Shown piece after piece: positions 47,009-56,421 of a DNA stretch of 56,421 nt. Each line of letters opens with the position of its first letter. The first letter of the stretch is position 1. The notes under the pieces were generated by a model. That model was given only the letters and a program-made list of their open reading frames with translations, was not told where the DNA came from and made no database searches. Both the position numbers and the translations under genes were made by a program. Source of the DNA: Salinivirgaceae bacterium (GTDB lineage: Bacteria > Bacteroidota > Bacteroidia > Bacteroidales > SZUA-534); assembly GCA_024405635.1 (NCBI GenBank), contig JAKSOL010000020.1, positions 1 to 56,421 of the forward strand, in the 5' to 3' direction.

Positions 47009-48847
47009 ATGGAATACAAAAACAAACTACGCAGCGCCATTGCAACCGAGGGTCGCAGAATGGCAGGCGCCCGCGCTTTGTGGGCCGCAAACGGAATGAA
47101 GAAAGAGCAACTTGGCAAACCAATTATTGCCATTGCTAACTCGTTCACCCAATTTGTGCCAGGACACACACATTTGCACGAAATTGGACAGATTGTGAAA
47201 GCCGAAATTGAAAACCTTGGATGCTACGCAGCCGAATTTAACACAATTGCAATTGACGATGGCATTGCAATGGGACACGACGGCATGTTGTTCTCGTTAC
47301 CTAGCCGCGACATTATTGCCGATTCGGTTGAATACATGTGCAACGCACACAAGGCCGATGCGTTGGTTTGCATATCAAACTGCGACAAAATTACTCCCGG
47401 AATGTTAATGGCCTCAATGCGCCTTAATATCCCTACAGTATTTGTAAGCGGTGGACCAATGGAGGCTGGTAAATGGAACGGCGAAAACGCTGACCTTATC
47501 ACCGCTATGGTTAAAGGCGCCGACCCAAGCGTAACCGACGAAGAAATGGACCAAATTGAACATTGCGCTTGCCCAGGTTGCGGTTCTTGTTCTGGCATGT
47601 TCACTGCCAACTCAATGAACTCACTTACCGAGGCTATCGGTCTTTCGCTACCTGGCAACGGCACCATTTTGGCTACTCACACCAACCGTTTGCAATTGTT
47701 TAAAGACGCAGCAAAACTTGTTGTTGAAAACGCATACAAATACTACCGCGATGGCGACGAATCGGTTCTTCCAAAATCAATTGCAACCCGCCAAGCTTTC
47801 TTAAATGCAATGACTCTTGACATTGCAATGGGCGGTTCAACCAACACCGTTCTTCACCTTCTTGCAGTAGCAAACGAAGCTGGTGTTAACTTTAAAATGG
47901 CCGACATTGATGCTTTGAGCCGAAAAGTTCCTTGCCTTTGCAAATTGGCACCAAACACTCAAAAATACTCAATTCAAGAGTGCAACCGCGCTGGCGGCAT
48001 TTTGGGCATTTTGAACGAATTGAACAAAGGCGGCTTGCTTGACACAAGTTTACTACGCGTAAATGGCGCTACTCTTGCCAACGATTTGAAAAAATATTGC
48101 ATCACAGGTTCAACTATTGATGCCGAAGCAAAACGCATATATAGCAGTGCACCTTCGGGCAAATTCTCAACCAAAATGGCATCGCAAAGTTGCACATTCG
48201 ACAGCTTTGATACCGACCGCGTAAATGGTTGCATACGCGACCTTGAACACGCTTACACTAAAGACGGTGGTCTTGGTGTATTGTTTGGCAACATTGCTAA
48301 AGATGGTTGCGTAATTAAAACTGCCGGTGTTGACGAAAGCATTTGGCACTTTGAAGGACCTGCCAAAGTATTCGATTCACAAGAAGAAGCATGCGAAGGA
48401 ATTCTTGGCGGTAAAGTAAAATCGGGCGACGTAGTAGTTATTCTTTACGAAGGACCTAAAGGTGGCCCAGGCATGCAAGAAATGCTTTACCCAACATCAT
48501 ACATCAAATCGATGCACCTTGGCAAAGAGTGCGCACTAATCACCGACGGACGTTTTTCGGGCGGAACATCAGGTTTGAGCATCGGTCACATTTCGCCAGA
48601 AGCAGCAGCAGGTGGCAACATTGGTTTGTTGCGCGACGGCGACATTATTGTAATTGATATTCCAAGCCGCAAACTTGAGGTTAAACTTTCAGATGCAGAA
48701 TTGGCAGCTCGCCGCGAAGAAGAAATGAAACGCGGATCTAAAGCCTTTACCGCACCACGCCGCAACCGCATCGTTCCAAAGAGCCTTAAAGCCTATGCTT
48801 CAATGGTATCGTCGGCCGACTTGGGTGCTATTAGATTAATTGACTAA
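47009..48847 (+). CDS. ilvD: Dihydroxy-acid dehydratase
   Basis: [49 protein letters not shown] and TDGRFSG. Confidence 0.97.
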   Translation: MEYKNKLRSAIATEGRRMAGARALWAANGMKKEQLGKPIIAIANSFTQFVPGHTHLHEIGQIVKAEIENLGCYAAEFNTIAIDDGIAMGHDGMLFSLPSRDIIADSVEYMCNAHKADALVCISNCDKITPGMLMASMRLNIPTVFVSGGPMEAGKWNGENADLITAMVKGADPSVTDEEMDQIEHCACPGCGSCSGMFTANSMNSLTEAIGLSLPGNGTILATHTNRLQLFKDAAKLVVENAYKYYRDGDESVLPKSIATRQAFLNAMTLDIAMGGSTNTVLHLLAVANEAGVNFKMADIDALSRKVPCLCKLAPNTQKYSIQECNRAGGILGILNELNKGGLLDTSLLRVNGATLANDLKKYCITGSTIDAEAKRIYSSAPSGKFSTKMASQSCTFDSFDTDRVNGCIRDLEHAYTKDGGLGVLFGNIAKDGCVIKTAGVDESIWHFEGPAKVFDSQEEACEGILGGKVKSGDVVVILYEGPKGGPGMQEMLYPTSYIKSMHLGKECALITDGRFSGGTSGLSIGHISPEAAAGGNIGLLRDGDIIVIDIPSRKLEVKLSDAELAARREEEMKRGSKAFTAPRRNRIVPKSLKAYASMVSSADLGAIRLID

Positions 48848-48862
48848 ACAACAAAACGCTAT

Positions 48863-50584
48863 ATGCAAGATCACACAAAATCGCAAAAAGTAACAGGCTC
48901 CGAGGCTTTGCTGCTTTCGCTGATTGCCGCCAATGTTGACACCATTTTTGGTTATCCTGGCGGAGCAATTATGCCTCTATACGATAAGTTGCTCAACTTT
49001 AGCAACCGCTTGCGCCACATTTTAACACGCCACGAGCAAGGTGCCATTCATGCAGCACAAGGCTATGCACGTTCAACAGGCAAAACTGGTGTTTGCTTTG
49101 CTACATCGGGGCCTGGCGCAACCAACCTTATAACTGGTATTGCCGATGCAATGGCCGACTCTACTCCAGTGGTTTGCTTCACTGCACAAGTAGGATCAAT
49201 GTTACTTGGAACCGACGCTTTTCAAGAAACCGACGTGGTAGGTGTTTCAATGCCTATTACAAAATGGAACTACCAAATAACCAACCCTAACGAGATTCCA
49301 GCAATTATTGCAAAAGCATTTTACATTGCATCAAATGGACGTCCAGGTCCAGTATTGATTGATATTACAAAAGATGCTTTGATAAAAGACTGCGACTATA
49401 GCTACACACCATGCAACTACATTCGTAGCTATGTGCCAAGCCCTGCAATTAAAGAAGAAAAAGTAAAATGGGCAGCCGATATTATTAATGCCGCAAAAAA
49501 ACCAATGATAGTATTTGGTCAAGGCGTTATACTTGGACATGCCGAAAAAGAGTTGCTTGAATTTGTTGAAAAATCGGGCATACCTTGCGCATCAACAATG
49601 TTAGGATTGTCGGCAATGCCAAACAACCACCCACTTTACAAAGGTATGGTGGGCATGCATGGCAATGTTGGACCAAACCGCATGTCGAACCAATGCGACT
49701 TGCTAATTGCTATTGGTATGCGATTTGACGACCGCGTAACTGGCGATGTTGCTCGCTACGCAAAACAGGCAAAAATTATTCACCTTGAGATTGACAAGGC
49801 CGAAATAAACAAAATTGTAAAAGTTGACGTTTGGGTTCGTGGCGACGTAAAAGAATCGTTGCCAATGATTACAAAACTGATTAACAAAGGCGACCATAGC
49901 GACATGGAACCATTCTTTGCAGAGTGCGAAGCCGAAGAAATGCGCCGCGTTATTAATCCGTTGCTCAACCCAAAAGAGGGCAAAATTACAATGGGCGAAG
50001 TTATTGACACACTAAACAAAGTGTCGGCCGAGCAAGCTATTGTGGTAACCGACGTAGGTCAGCAACAAATGATATCGGCACGATACGCTCGATTCCAAAA
50101 CTCGCGCAGTTTCTTGTCGTCGGGAGGTTTAGGAACAATGGGATTTGGTTTGCCAGCAGCAGTTGGTGCCCAAATAGGTTGTCCAAACCGCAAAGTGGTT
50201 GCAATACTTGGCGATGGTGGCTTTCAAATGACAATGCAAGAATTAGGAACCATCATTCAAGAAAAACTGCCAGTTAAGGTTATAATAATGAACAATAGCT
50301 ACCTTGGCAACGTTCGTCAATGGCAAGAGTTGTTCTTCAACCATCGATATTCAAGCGTTGCAATGAACAGCAATCCCGATTTTGTGCGCCTAGCATCGGC
50401 CTATAACATTGATGCCGAAATGGTGAACAAACGCGAGGACCTTAAAAGTGCAATTGAACGCATGTACAATTCAGAATCGGCATACATACTTGAGGTTCAA
50501 CTTGAAGAAGAAGGCAACGTATTCCCAATTGTTCCACTAGGCAAAGCAACCGACGAAATGCTTTACGGTGACGAAAACAAATAA
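48863..50584 (+). CDS. ilvB: Acetolactate synthase large subunit
   Basis: FGYPGGAI, RHEQGA, TSGPGATN, GRPGPV, GMHG, RFDDRVTG and the TPP motif GDGGFQM...NN. Confidence 0.96.
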   Translation: MQDHTKSQKVTGSEALLLSLIAANVDTIFGYPGGAIMPLYDKLLNFSNRLRHILTRHEQGAIHAAQGYARSTGKTGVCFATSGPGATNLITGIADAMADSTPVVCFTAQVGSMLLGTDAFQETDVVGVSMPITKWNYQITNPNEIPAIIAKAFYIASNGRPGPVLIDITKDALIKDCDYSYTPCNYIRSYVPSPAIKEEKVKWAADIINAAKKPMIVFGQGVILGHAEKELLEFVEKSGIPCASTMLGLSAMPNNHPLYKGMVGMHGNVGPNRMSNQCDLLIAIGMRFDDRVTGDVARYAKQAKIIHLEIDKAEINKIVKVDVWVRGDVKESLPMITKLINKGDHSDMEPFFAECEAEEMRRVINPLLNPKEGKITMGEVIDTLNKVSAEQAIVVTDVGQQQMISARYARFQNSRSFLSSGGLGTMGFGLPAAVGAQIGCPNRKVVAILGDGGFQMTMQELGTIIQEKLPVKVIIMNNSYLGNVRQWQELFFNHRYSSVAMNSNPDFVRLASAYNIDAEMVNKREDLKSAIERMYNSESAYILEVQLEEEGNVFPIVPLGKATDEMLYGDENK

Positions 50585-50596
50585 ACGCAACAAGCT

Positions 50597-51133
50597 ATGA
50601 ACGAAGAATATACAATTACCATATTTTCGGAAAACAGCATTGGTCTGCTCAACCGAATATCAATCAACTTTACAAAACGCAAGTTGAACATCGATAGCCT
50701 AATTGTGTCAGAATCAGCCATTCCAGGCGTGTTTAAGTTCATTATTGTAGTGTGCTGTCCACAAAACACAGTTGAGATATTGGTAAAGCAACTTGAGAAA
50801 CAAATTGATGTGATTCGTGCTTTTTATCTAAAAAAAGAAGACATCTTGTATCAAGAATTAGCTTTGTATAAATTAGCAACCGAAAGTTTGCTAGAGTCAA
50901 ACGAGATGGAAACCATTATCCGTCAGCACAATGCAAGGATTTTGGAGATAACTAAAGAACACATTATTATTGAAAAAACAGGACACAAAAGCGAAACACA
51001 AGAGTTGTTTGAGAAACTAAAACCATACGAAGTGAAACAATTTGTACGTACAGGTCGCGTGGCAATTACCCGCCCTGACATTGAATTGTTAAGCGAGTAT
51101 TTAAAAGGATTAGAACAAGAACATCGCAAATAA
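50597..51133 (+). CDS. ilvN: Acetolactate synthase small (regulatory) subunit
   Basis: ACT domain ENSIGLLNRI...NIDSL, QELALYK and VRTGRVA; operon position. Confidence 0.92.
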   Translation: MNEEYTITIFSENSIGLLNRISINFTKRKLNIDSLIVSESAIPGVFKFIIVVCCPQNTVEILVKQLEKQIDVIRAFYLKKEDILYQELALYKLATESLLESNEMETIIRQHNARILEITKEHIIIEKTGHKSETQELFEKLKPYEVKQFVRTGRVAITRPDIELLSEYLKGLEQEHRK

Positions 51134-51169
51134 ACATACATTTTAATAATCTTTAAAATAAACATCAAA

Positions 51170-52213
51170 ATGGCAAAAATGAATTTTGGCGGCGTTATTG
51201 AAGAAGTAATGACCCGTGAAGAATTTCCATTGGAAAAAGCACGCGAAGTGCTTAAAAACGAAACAATTGCAGTTATTGGTTACGGTGTACAAGGCCCAGG
51301 CCAAGCATGCAACTTGCGCGACAACGGTTTTAAAGTAATTGTTGGACAACGCCAAGGAAAAACCTACGACAAAGCAGTAGCTGATGGTTGGGTACCAGGC
51401 GAAACCCTATTTGGCATTGAAGAGGCTTGCGAAAAAGCTACACTTATTATGTGCTTGCTTTCTGACGCTGCTGTAATGTCAGTATGGCCAACTATGAAAC
51501 AATATCTTACCGCTGGTAAAACACTTTATTTCTCACACGGTTTTGCAATCACCTGGAGCGATCGCACTGGCTGCGTTCCACCAGCTGACATTGACGTTAT
51601 TCTTGTTGCTCCTAAAGGTTCAGGTACCTCACTTCGCACCATGTTCCTTGAGGGTCGCGGTTTGAACTCTTCATACGCAGTTTACCAAGACGCATCAGGC
51701 AAAGCACTTGAAAAAACTTTGGCTTTGGGTATCGGTATTGGTTCAGGTTACATGTTTGAAACCACATTCCAACGCGAGGCTACATCAGACTTGACAGGTG
51801 AGCGTGGTTCGTTGATGGGTGCTATTCAAGGTTTGTTGTTGGCTCAATACGAAGTTCTTCGTGAGAACGGCCACACTCCTTCTGAGGCATTTAACGAAAC
51901 TGTTGAGGAACTTACCCAATCGCTTATGCCATTGTTTGCTAAAAACGGTATGGACTGGATGTATGCAAACTGCTCAACTACCGCACAACGTGGTGCTTTG
52001 GATTGGATGACTCCTTTCCACGATGCTATTAAACCAGTTGTTGAGAAACTTTACAACAGTGTAAAAACTGGTAACGAGGCTCAAATCTCAATCGACGCTA
52101 ACTCAAAACCAGACTACCGTGTTGGTCTTGAGGCTGAACTTAAAGCATTGCGCGAAAGCGAAATGTGGCGTACAGGTGAGGTTGTTCGTAAACTTCGTCC
52201 TGAGAACAACTAA
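51170..52213 (+). CDS. ilvC: Ketol-acid reductoisomerase
   Basis: IGYGVQGPGQ, FSHGF, APKGSG, SDLTGERG and CSTTAQRGALDW. Confidence 0.96.
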   Translation: MAKMNFGGVIEEVMTREEFPLEKAREVLKNETIAVIGYGVQGPGQACNLRDNGFKVIVGQRQGKTYDKAVADGWVPGETLFGIEEACEKATLIMCLLSDAAVMSVWPTMKQYLTAGKTLYFSHGFAITWSDRTGCVPPADIDVILVAPKGSGTSLRTMFLEGRGLNSSYAVYQDASGKALEKTLALGIGIGSGYMFETTFQREATSDLTGERGSLMGAIQGLLLAQYEVLRENGHTPSEAFNETVEELTQSLMPLFAKNGMDWMYANCSTTAQRGALDWMTPFHDAIKPVVEKLYNSVKTGNEAQISIDANSKPDYRVGLEAELKALRESEMWRTGEVVRKLRPENN

Positions 52214-52234
52214 TAGTTGTTGCTCCATAAAAAC

Positions 52235-52271
52235 AAAAGCGTGTAGCCCACTTGGACTACACGCTTTTTTT
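52235..52271 (+). terminator. Terminator of the ilv operon
   Basis: AAAAGCGTGTAG-CCCACTTGGA-CTACACGCTTTTTTT. Confidence 0.85.
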
Positions 52272-52327
52272 GTGCGCTTTGGCTAGTAAAGCGAATACTC
52301 ACACTACTCCACTACCAATCATTTTTA

Positions 52328-52335
52328 TATTTTTG
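52328..52335 (+). promoter_or_regulatory. -7 element for lysS
   Basis: TATTTTTGC 22 nt upstream of the ATG. Confidence 0.55.
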
Positions 52336-52357
52336 CGCCAAATTTTAACACTACAAT

Positions 52358-54067
52358 ATGGAACTAAGCGAACAAGAACAAGGCCGCCGCAACTCGATGA
52401 TGGAGTTGCGAAATATGGGCATTGAACCTTATCCTGCTGCCGAATATGTTGTTACACACTATTCGACCGACATTAAAAACGAGTTTACCGACGAAAAATC
52501 AGGAACTCCAGTTTCAATTGCAGGCCGGTTGATGAGCCGCCGCATTATGGGCAAAGCATCGTTTATTGAGTTGCAAGACTCAAAAGGCCGCATACAAGTT
52601 TACGTTAGCCGCGACGATATTAACACCGAGGCTCAGCCTGAAATGTACAACACTGTATTTAAAAAATTGTTGGATATTGGCGACTTTATCGGCATTCGCG
52701 GCTTTATGTTCCGCACCCAAATGGGCGAAATTAGTGTTCACGCTCAAGAACTTACAGTGTTGAGCAAATCGCTACGCCCGTTGCCAATTGTAAAATACAA
52801 AGACGGTGTTGCTTACGACAAGTTTGACGACCCTGAGCTACGCTATCGCCAACGCTATGTTGACCTTGTGGTTAACGAAGGAGTAAAAGACACATTCCTT
52901 AAACGTGCTGCCATCATTAGAACACTACGCGGCATTTTGGACAATGCTGGTTACACCGAGGTTGAAACCCCAACCCTACAATCAATTGCTGGTGGTGCAT
53001 CGGCTCGTCCGTTTATTACCCACTTCAACGCGCTCGACATTGATATGTATATGCGCATTGCCACCGAACTTTATCTAAAACGCTTGATAGTTGGTGGTTT
53101 TGAAGGTGTTTACGAAATTGGCAAAAACTTCCGCAACGAAGGTATGGACAAAACCCACAATCCAGAGTTTACTTGTATGGAGCTTTATGTTTCGTACAAA
53201 GACTTGAATTGGGGTATGGATTTTACCGAAAAGATGCTTGAAACCATCTGCACAGCTGTAAACGGCAAACCTGAAGTTGAAATTGACGGCAAAGTAATAT
53301 CATTCAAAGCTCCATTCCGCCGCTTGCCTATTCTTGATGCTATTAAGGAGAAAACAGGTTACGACTTGTATCCAATGACAGAAGAGGAGATTCGCGAAAC
53401 CGCCAAGAAACTAGGCATTGAGGTTGACGAAACAATGGGCAAAGGCAAGTTGATTGACGAGATTTTTGGCGAGACTTGCGAGGGCGACTTTATTCAGCCT
53501 ACTTTTATTTGCGACTACCCAGTTGAAATGTCGCCATTGACCAAAATGCACCGTTCAAAACCAGGTTTGACCGAGCGTTTTGAGCTTATGGTAAATGGTA
53601 AGGAACTTGCTAACGCCTACTCAGAGCTTAACGATCCTATTGACCAAGAGCAACGCTTTATTGAGCAAATGCGATTGGCCGACAAGGGCGACGACGAGGC
53701 TATGATTATTGACCAAGACTTTTTGCGCGCTCTACAATACGGCATGCCTCCAACCTTTGGCATCGGCATAGGTATTGACCGCTTGGTTATGATTTTAACT
53801 GGTAAGTTTGCTATTGGCGAGGTGATGCTTTTCCCTCAAATGAAACCTGAAAAGAAAGCAAAAGTGGTAACTCCAGCCGATTTTATTGAGATTGGTGTTC
53901 CTGAGGTTTGGGCTGAGCATGTTATTGCTGCCGGTTACGCTTCGGTTGAAAAACTTCGCGAAGCTAAGGCTACTCAAATTCACCAACAACTTAACGGCTA
54001 CCGCAAAAAGAACAAATTAGATATTCCTGCGCTTATGTTAGACGAAGTTGAAAAGTGGCTCGCCTAA
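52358..54067 (+). CDS. lysS: Lysine-tRNA ligase (class II) with a Bacteroidales C-terminal DUF4332-like extension
   Basis: RYRQRYVDL, GGASARPF, RIATELYLKRL, FRNEG...HNPEFT and GIGIDRL. Confidence 0.97.
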   Translation: MELSEQEQGRRNSMMELRNMGIEPYPAAEYVVTHYSTDIKNEFTDEKSGTPVSIAGRLMSRRIMGKASFIELQDSKGRIQVYVSRDDINTEAQPEMYNTVFKKLLDIGDFIGIRGFMFRTQMGEISVHAQELTVLSKSLRPLPIVKYKDGVAYDKFDDPELRYRQRYVDLVVNEGVKDTFLKRAAIIRTLRGILDNAGYTEVETPTLQSIAGGASARPFITHFNALDIDMYMRIATELYLKRLIVGGFEGVYEIGKNFRNEGMDKTHNPEFTCMELYVSYKDLNWGMDFTEKMLETICTAVNGKPEVEIDGKVISFKAPFRRLPILDAIKEKTGYDLYPMTEEEIRETAKKLGIEVDETMGKGKLIDEIFGETCEGDFIQPTFICDYPVEMSPLTKMHRSKPGLTERFELMVNGKELANAYSELNDPIDQEQRFIEQMRLADKGDDEAMIIDQDFLRALQYGMPPTFGIGIGIDRLVMILTGKFAIGEVMLFPQMKPEKKAKVVTPADFIEIGVPEVWAEHVIAAGYASVEKLREAKATQIHQQLNGYRKKNKLDIPALMLDEVEKWLA

Positions 54068-54087
54068 TATTCCCGTTTTGATAAAAC

Positions 54088-54121
54088 AAAAGGGTGCATC
54101 TATTTAGGTGCACCTTTTTTT
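54088..54121 (+). terminator. Terminator after lysS
   Basis: AGGGTGCATCTA-TT-TAGGTGCACCTTTTTTT. Confidence 0.8.
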
Positions 54122-54154
54122 GTGTTCTGATATTTCGTTTCGCTCAACCTTCAG

Positions 54155-54287
54155 CATGTTGCGTATAGCATAGAAGTTCTAAGTTTAAGTTCTACGTTAA
54201 CAGTTCAACAAATCAACGATTCAACGCATCAACAACTAATGGCCAACGGCCAATAGCTAAAAGCCATTAATCATTCACGTTGCGTAT
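54155..54287. repeat. Mosaic of short imperfect tandem repeats flanked by the direct repeat GTTGCGTAT
   Basis: AAGTT(C)T x3, TCAACnnn x4 (54205-54236), YAAnRGC x4 (54237-54264) and CATTMAY x2. GTTGCGTAT occurs at 54158-54166 and 54279-54287. Confidence 0.75.
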
Positions 54288-54292
54288 GGGTA

Positions 54293-54325
54293 CAAAAAAG
54301 GGAGCGCCGATTGCTCAACGCCCCC
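54293..54325 (-). terminator. Terminator of the right-edge T9SS substrate gene
   Basis: Minus strand GGGGGCGTTGA-GCAA-TCGGCGCTCCC-TTTTTT, with a GNRA loop. Confidence 0.82.
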
Positions 54326-54355
54326 AAAATCAACTATAACGAAATGAAATTCGCC

Positions 54356-56419
54356 CTATTTAAGTACCACGCGCTCTACTTGGTTGTTTACACGTACAAT
54401 GTAAAGTGCTGTGTTTGCTGCCATGTCGATTTCAAAGCGATTGCTGGTGGCTACACCTGAGAACACTTTAGAACCGTTGACAGTGTAAACTTCCACAACT
54501 TGGCTCATTGCGTTTTCAACTACAATTTGGTAGTTGCTTGCCCATATCTTGGCCATTTGCAACTCGCTGTCGGCAATTGCGTCTAATTTAGGCAACACCA
54601 CTTCAACCTCTTGGCTATCAAATGCTGAATTGCTAAAGGTTACGCTGCATACGGCCTTGCCCTCGGTGGTGGCGGTTGGCTCTACTACAACGGTGCGTGT
54701 GGCTGTTGCTGTTTCGCGTTCAGTTTCGCCTCCTACAGAGCAACTGCGGCTTGCGGTGCAGGTTGTGTTGTCGCTGCTCCACTTGTATGACACGTCGCTC
54801 CAATTGTGCTCTAGCATTGGAAGTACTGTGCTATTGGTTTGGGTGCCAAATGATGGGTTGCTAAAGGTTGCGGTAAACATTACCAATCCTTCGGTTGTGC
54901 ATGTTGGCTCGGTTACCAATATGGTTGCATAAACTGTCTCAACCTCTTTTGCTCCTTCTACTTTGCATGTGTGTATTGCGGTGCAGGTTGAAGATACTTG
55001 CGACCAGTCAACATCAACGGTTGACGATACTGTGCTCCATATATACTCTGTCAAATCCCAATCGTGTCCCAATGCTGGTATTTCTATCTCGTAGATTTGA
55101 GATTCGAATGCCTCGTTCTCAAACTCTGCCTTGAAGTAGCCTGCGCCTGCTGTTACACAGGTTGGTTGCTCGGTTATGGTGAAGTTTGCATTCACTGTCT
55201 CGGTTTCAACAAAGTTGTCGGTTTTGCAAACACGTGTTGTGGTGCTGCTTGTTGTTACTGATGTCCAATCGGTTACTTGAGCTGGGGTTATGCTGTCCCA
55301 AGCCACTACCGCATCGTTCCAGTCGTGTCCCCATGCAGGAATGATGGTGCTGATGCTGTCGCGATAGGTTACGCCTTTGTACTCAACTTCAACATTGAAT
55401 TTACGTTCGCCGTTGTTGGTGCAGCTTACCATCTTCTCGCTAAATACTGATGCCACTGCAACTCCTAGGCTATCAATTTGGTCTGACTCGCATTGGTAAA
55501 CTGGTACTGCGCTCAAACTATCGGCTGCCCACTCAAAGCGGTGGAAATCGTAAGCATGGAAGTGCTTAAATGCCTTGATGTTAAGTTGATAGTGAACAAC
55601 TACTTGCATAGATTGAGTTGGCGACATTGGTATATTCATTGGCTCAACCTCTGCTGTATCGTTGCCGCAAACAAATGTAATTGTATTGGCAAACACATAA
55701 CCGTCTTTAGGTCCTAGCATGAATGCAGCTCCATAATACTTGTTGTAGTCAATAACATCGGTTGCATTTTCGTCAAAATGGGTGTAGTCTTGTAGATTAT
55801 CAGATACCTCATTGCTAACAAGCAATGCGTATTCGCCCATAATGTAGTTTGCATCGTCAGGAATTCTAATTGATTGATATACTTGGTCGATGGTTGAATC
55901 GGCACGGAATCCCATGTAGATGACTTTTACAAAGTCAAGAATCTTATCGTAGGTAACGGTGATGGTAACGTTGCTTGCTGGCATTGTGAATTTGCCATCG
56001 GTTACTGTAATTGCACTTTGTCCAACTACATCAACTGATTTAAGTTGGTAGCTGCTGTCAGCTACTATTGCAAACTCAACCTCGTCGCCATAGTTTGCTG
56101 TTTCAACTACATTTACTTTTCCGTGTTCTGAAACTACATTTATCACGTAGTCAATTTTGCTGAACTGTGCAGTTACGCTAACAGCGCTTGCTGGCATTGT
56201 GAACTTGCCATCAGCTACTGCTATCGCATTGCCGCTTGCATCGGTAACGGTTATTGCGTCAAGCTTGTAACCTGTTTCTGGGGTTGCTGTTACGGTTACT
56301 TCGTCTTGATATTGTGCTGTAGCGTCAGCTGAAACTGAACCACCAGTCAACCCTGTTGCGGTTGTAACTGCGTAGTCAATCTTGCTGAACGAAGCGGTAA
56401 CATTTACTGCGCTTGCTGG
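54356..56419 (-). CDS. T9SS-secreted surface protein, 5' truncated: InlB-B/Ig-like repeats, Cys/His repeats and a type A-like CTD
   Basis: The frame is open to the window edge (PASAVNVTASFSKIDY). It has repeated GY.L....FTMPAS.V.V units and four HxW...C...PTC...G units, and ends IVVEN...VEVYTVNG...LYIVRVNNQVERVVLK. Confidence 0.78.
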   Translation of the reverse strand, partial: PASAVNVTASFSKIDYAVTTATGLTGGSVSADATAQYQDEVTVTATPETGYKLDAITVTDASGNAIAVADGKFTMPASAVSVTAQFSKIDYVINVVSEHGKVNVVETANYGDEVEFAIVADSSYQLKSVDVVGQSAITVTDGKFTMPASNVTITVTYDKILDFVKVIYMGFRADSTIDQVYQSIRIPDDANYIMGEYALLVSNEVSDNLQDYTHFDENATDVIDYNKYYGAAFMLGPKDGYVFANTITFVCGNDTAEVEPMNIPMSPTQSMQVVVHYQLNIKAFKHFHAYDFHRFEWAADSLSAVPVYQCESDQIDSLGVAVASVFSEKMVSCTNNGERKFNVEVEYKGVTYRDSISTIIPAWGHDWNDAVVAWDSITPAQVTDWTSVTTSSTTTRVCKTDNFVETETVNANFTITEQPTCVTAGAGYFKAEFENEAFESQIYEIEIPALGHDWDLTEYIWSTVSSTVDVDWSQVSSTCTAIHTCKVEGAKEVETVYATILVTEPTCTTEGLVMFTATFSNPSFGTQTNSTVLPMLEHNWSDVSYKWSSDNTTCTASRSCSVGGETERETATATRTVVVEPTATTEGKAVCSVTFSNSAFDSQEVEVVLPKLDAIADSELQMAKIWASNYQIVVENAMSQVVEVYTVNGSKVFSGVATSNRFEIDMAANTALYIVRVNNQVERVVLK

Positions 56420-56421
56420 CA

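Noticed and set aside
53860-54067. C-terminal extension of LysS as a novelty
   Set aside because: A DUF4332-like tail is a known feature of Bacteroidales LysS.

Overview
Chromosomal segment of an anaerobic Bacteroidota (Bacteroidales-like) organism, inferred from TAnnTTTG promoter elements, type IX secretion (T9SS) genes, rubrerythrin and NfnAB. Most of the window is housekeeping: trmN6, ruvB, mutS2, prs, yihA, ndk, nfnAB, an acyl-CoA ligase, ilvD-ilvB-ilvN-ilvC and lysS. It is unusually rich in large surface proteins. (1) Two tandem phage-tail-fibre-like proteins share a 38-aa repeat stalk, have different beta-solenoid tips and end in S74 self-cleaving chaperones. The complete one has a signal peptide and an N-terminal YQAVVR...VPYALYA domain, and a third gene has that same domain with a C-type-lectin-like tip. 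This is the best candidate for an undescribed, non-phage fibre display system. (2) A 3960-aa SprB-like adhesin sits next to its PorP/SprF partner. (3) A 5'-truncated T9SS substrate lies at the right edge. Other notable items are a fused DUF1538 membrane protein paired with a single-chain triple PII-like protein, a deoxyhypusine-synthase-like gene, an unannotated Val/Leu/Ile-rich leader-peptide attenuator before ilvD, and a patch of short tandem repeats bounded by direct repeats after lysS. No rRNA, tRNA, CRISPR array, integrase, transposase or reverse transcriptase was recognised. All calls come from reading motifs; no database searches were run.
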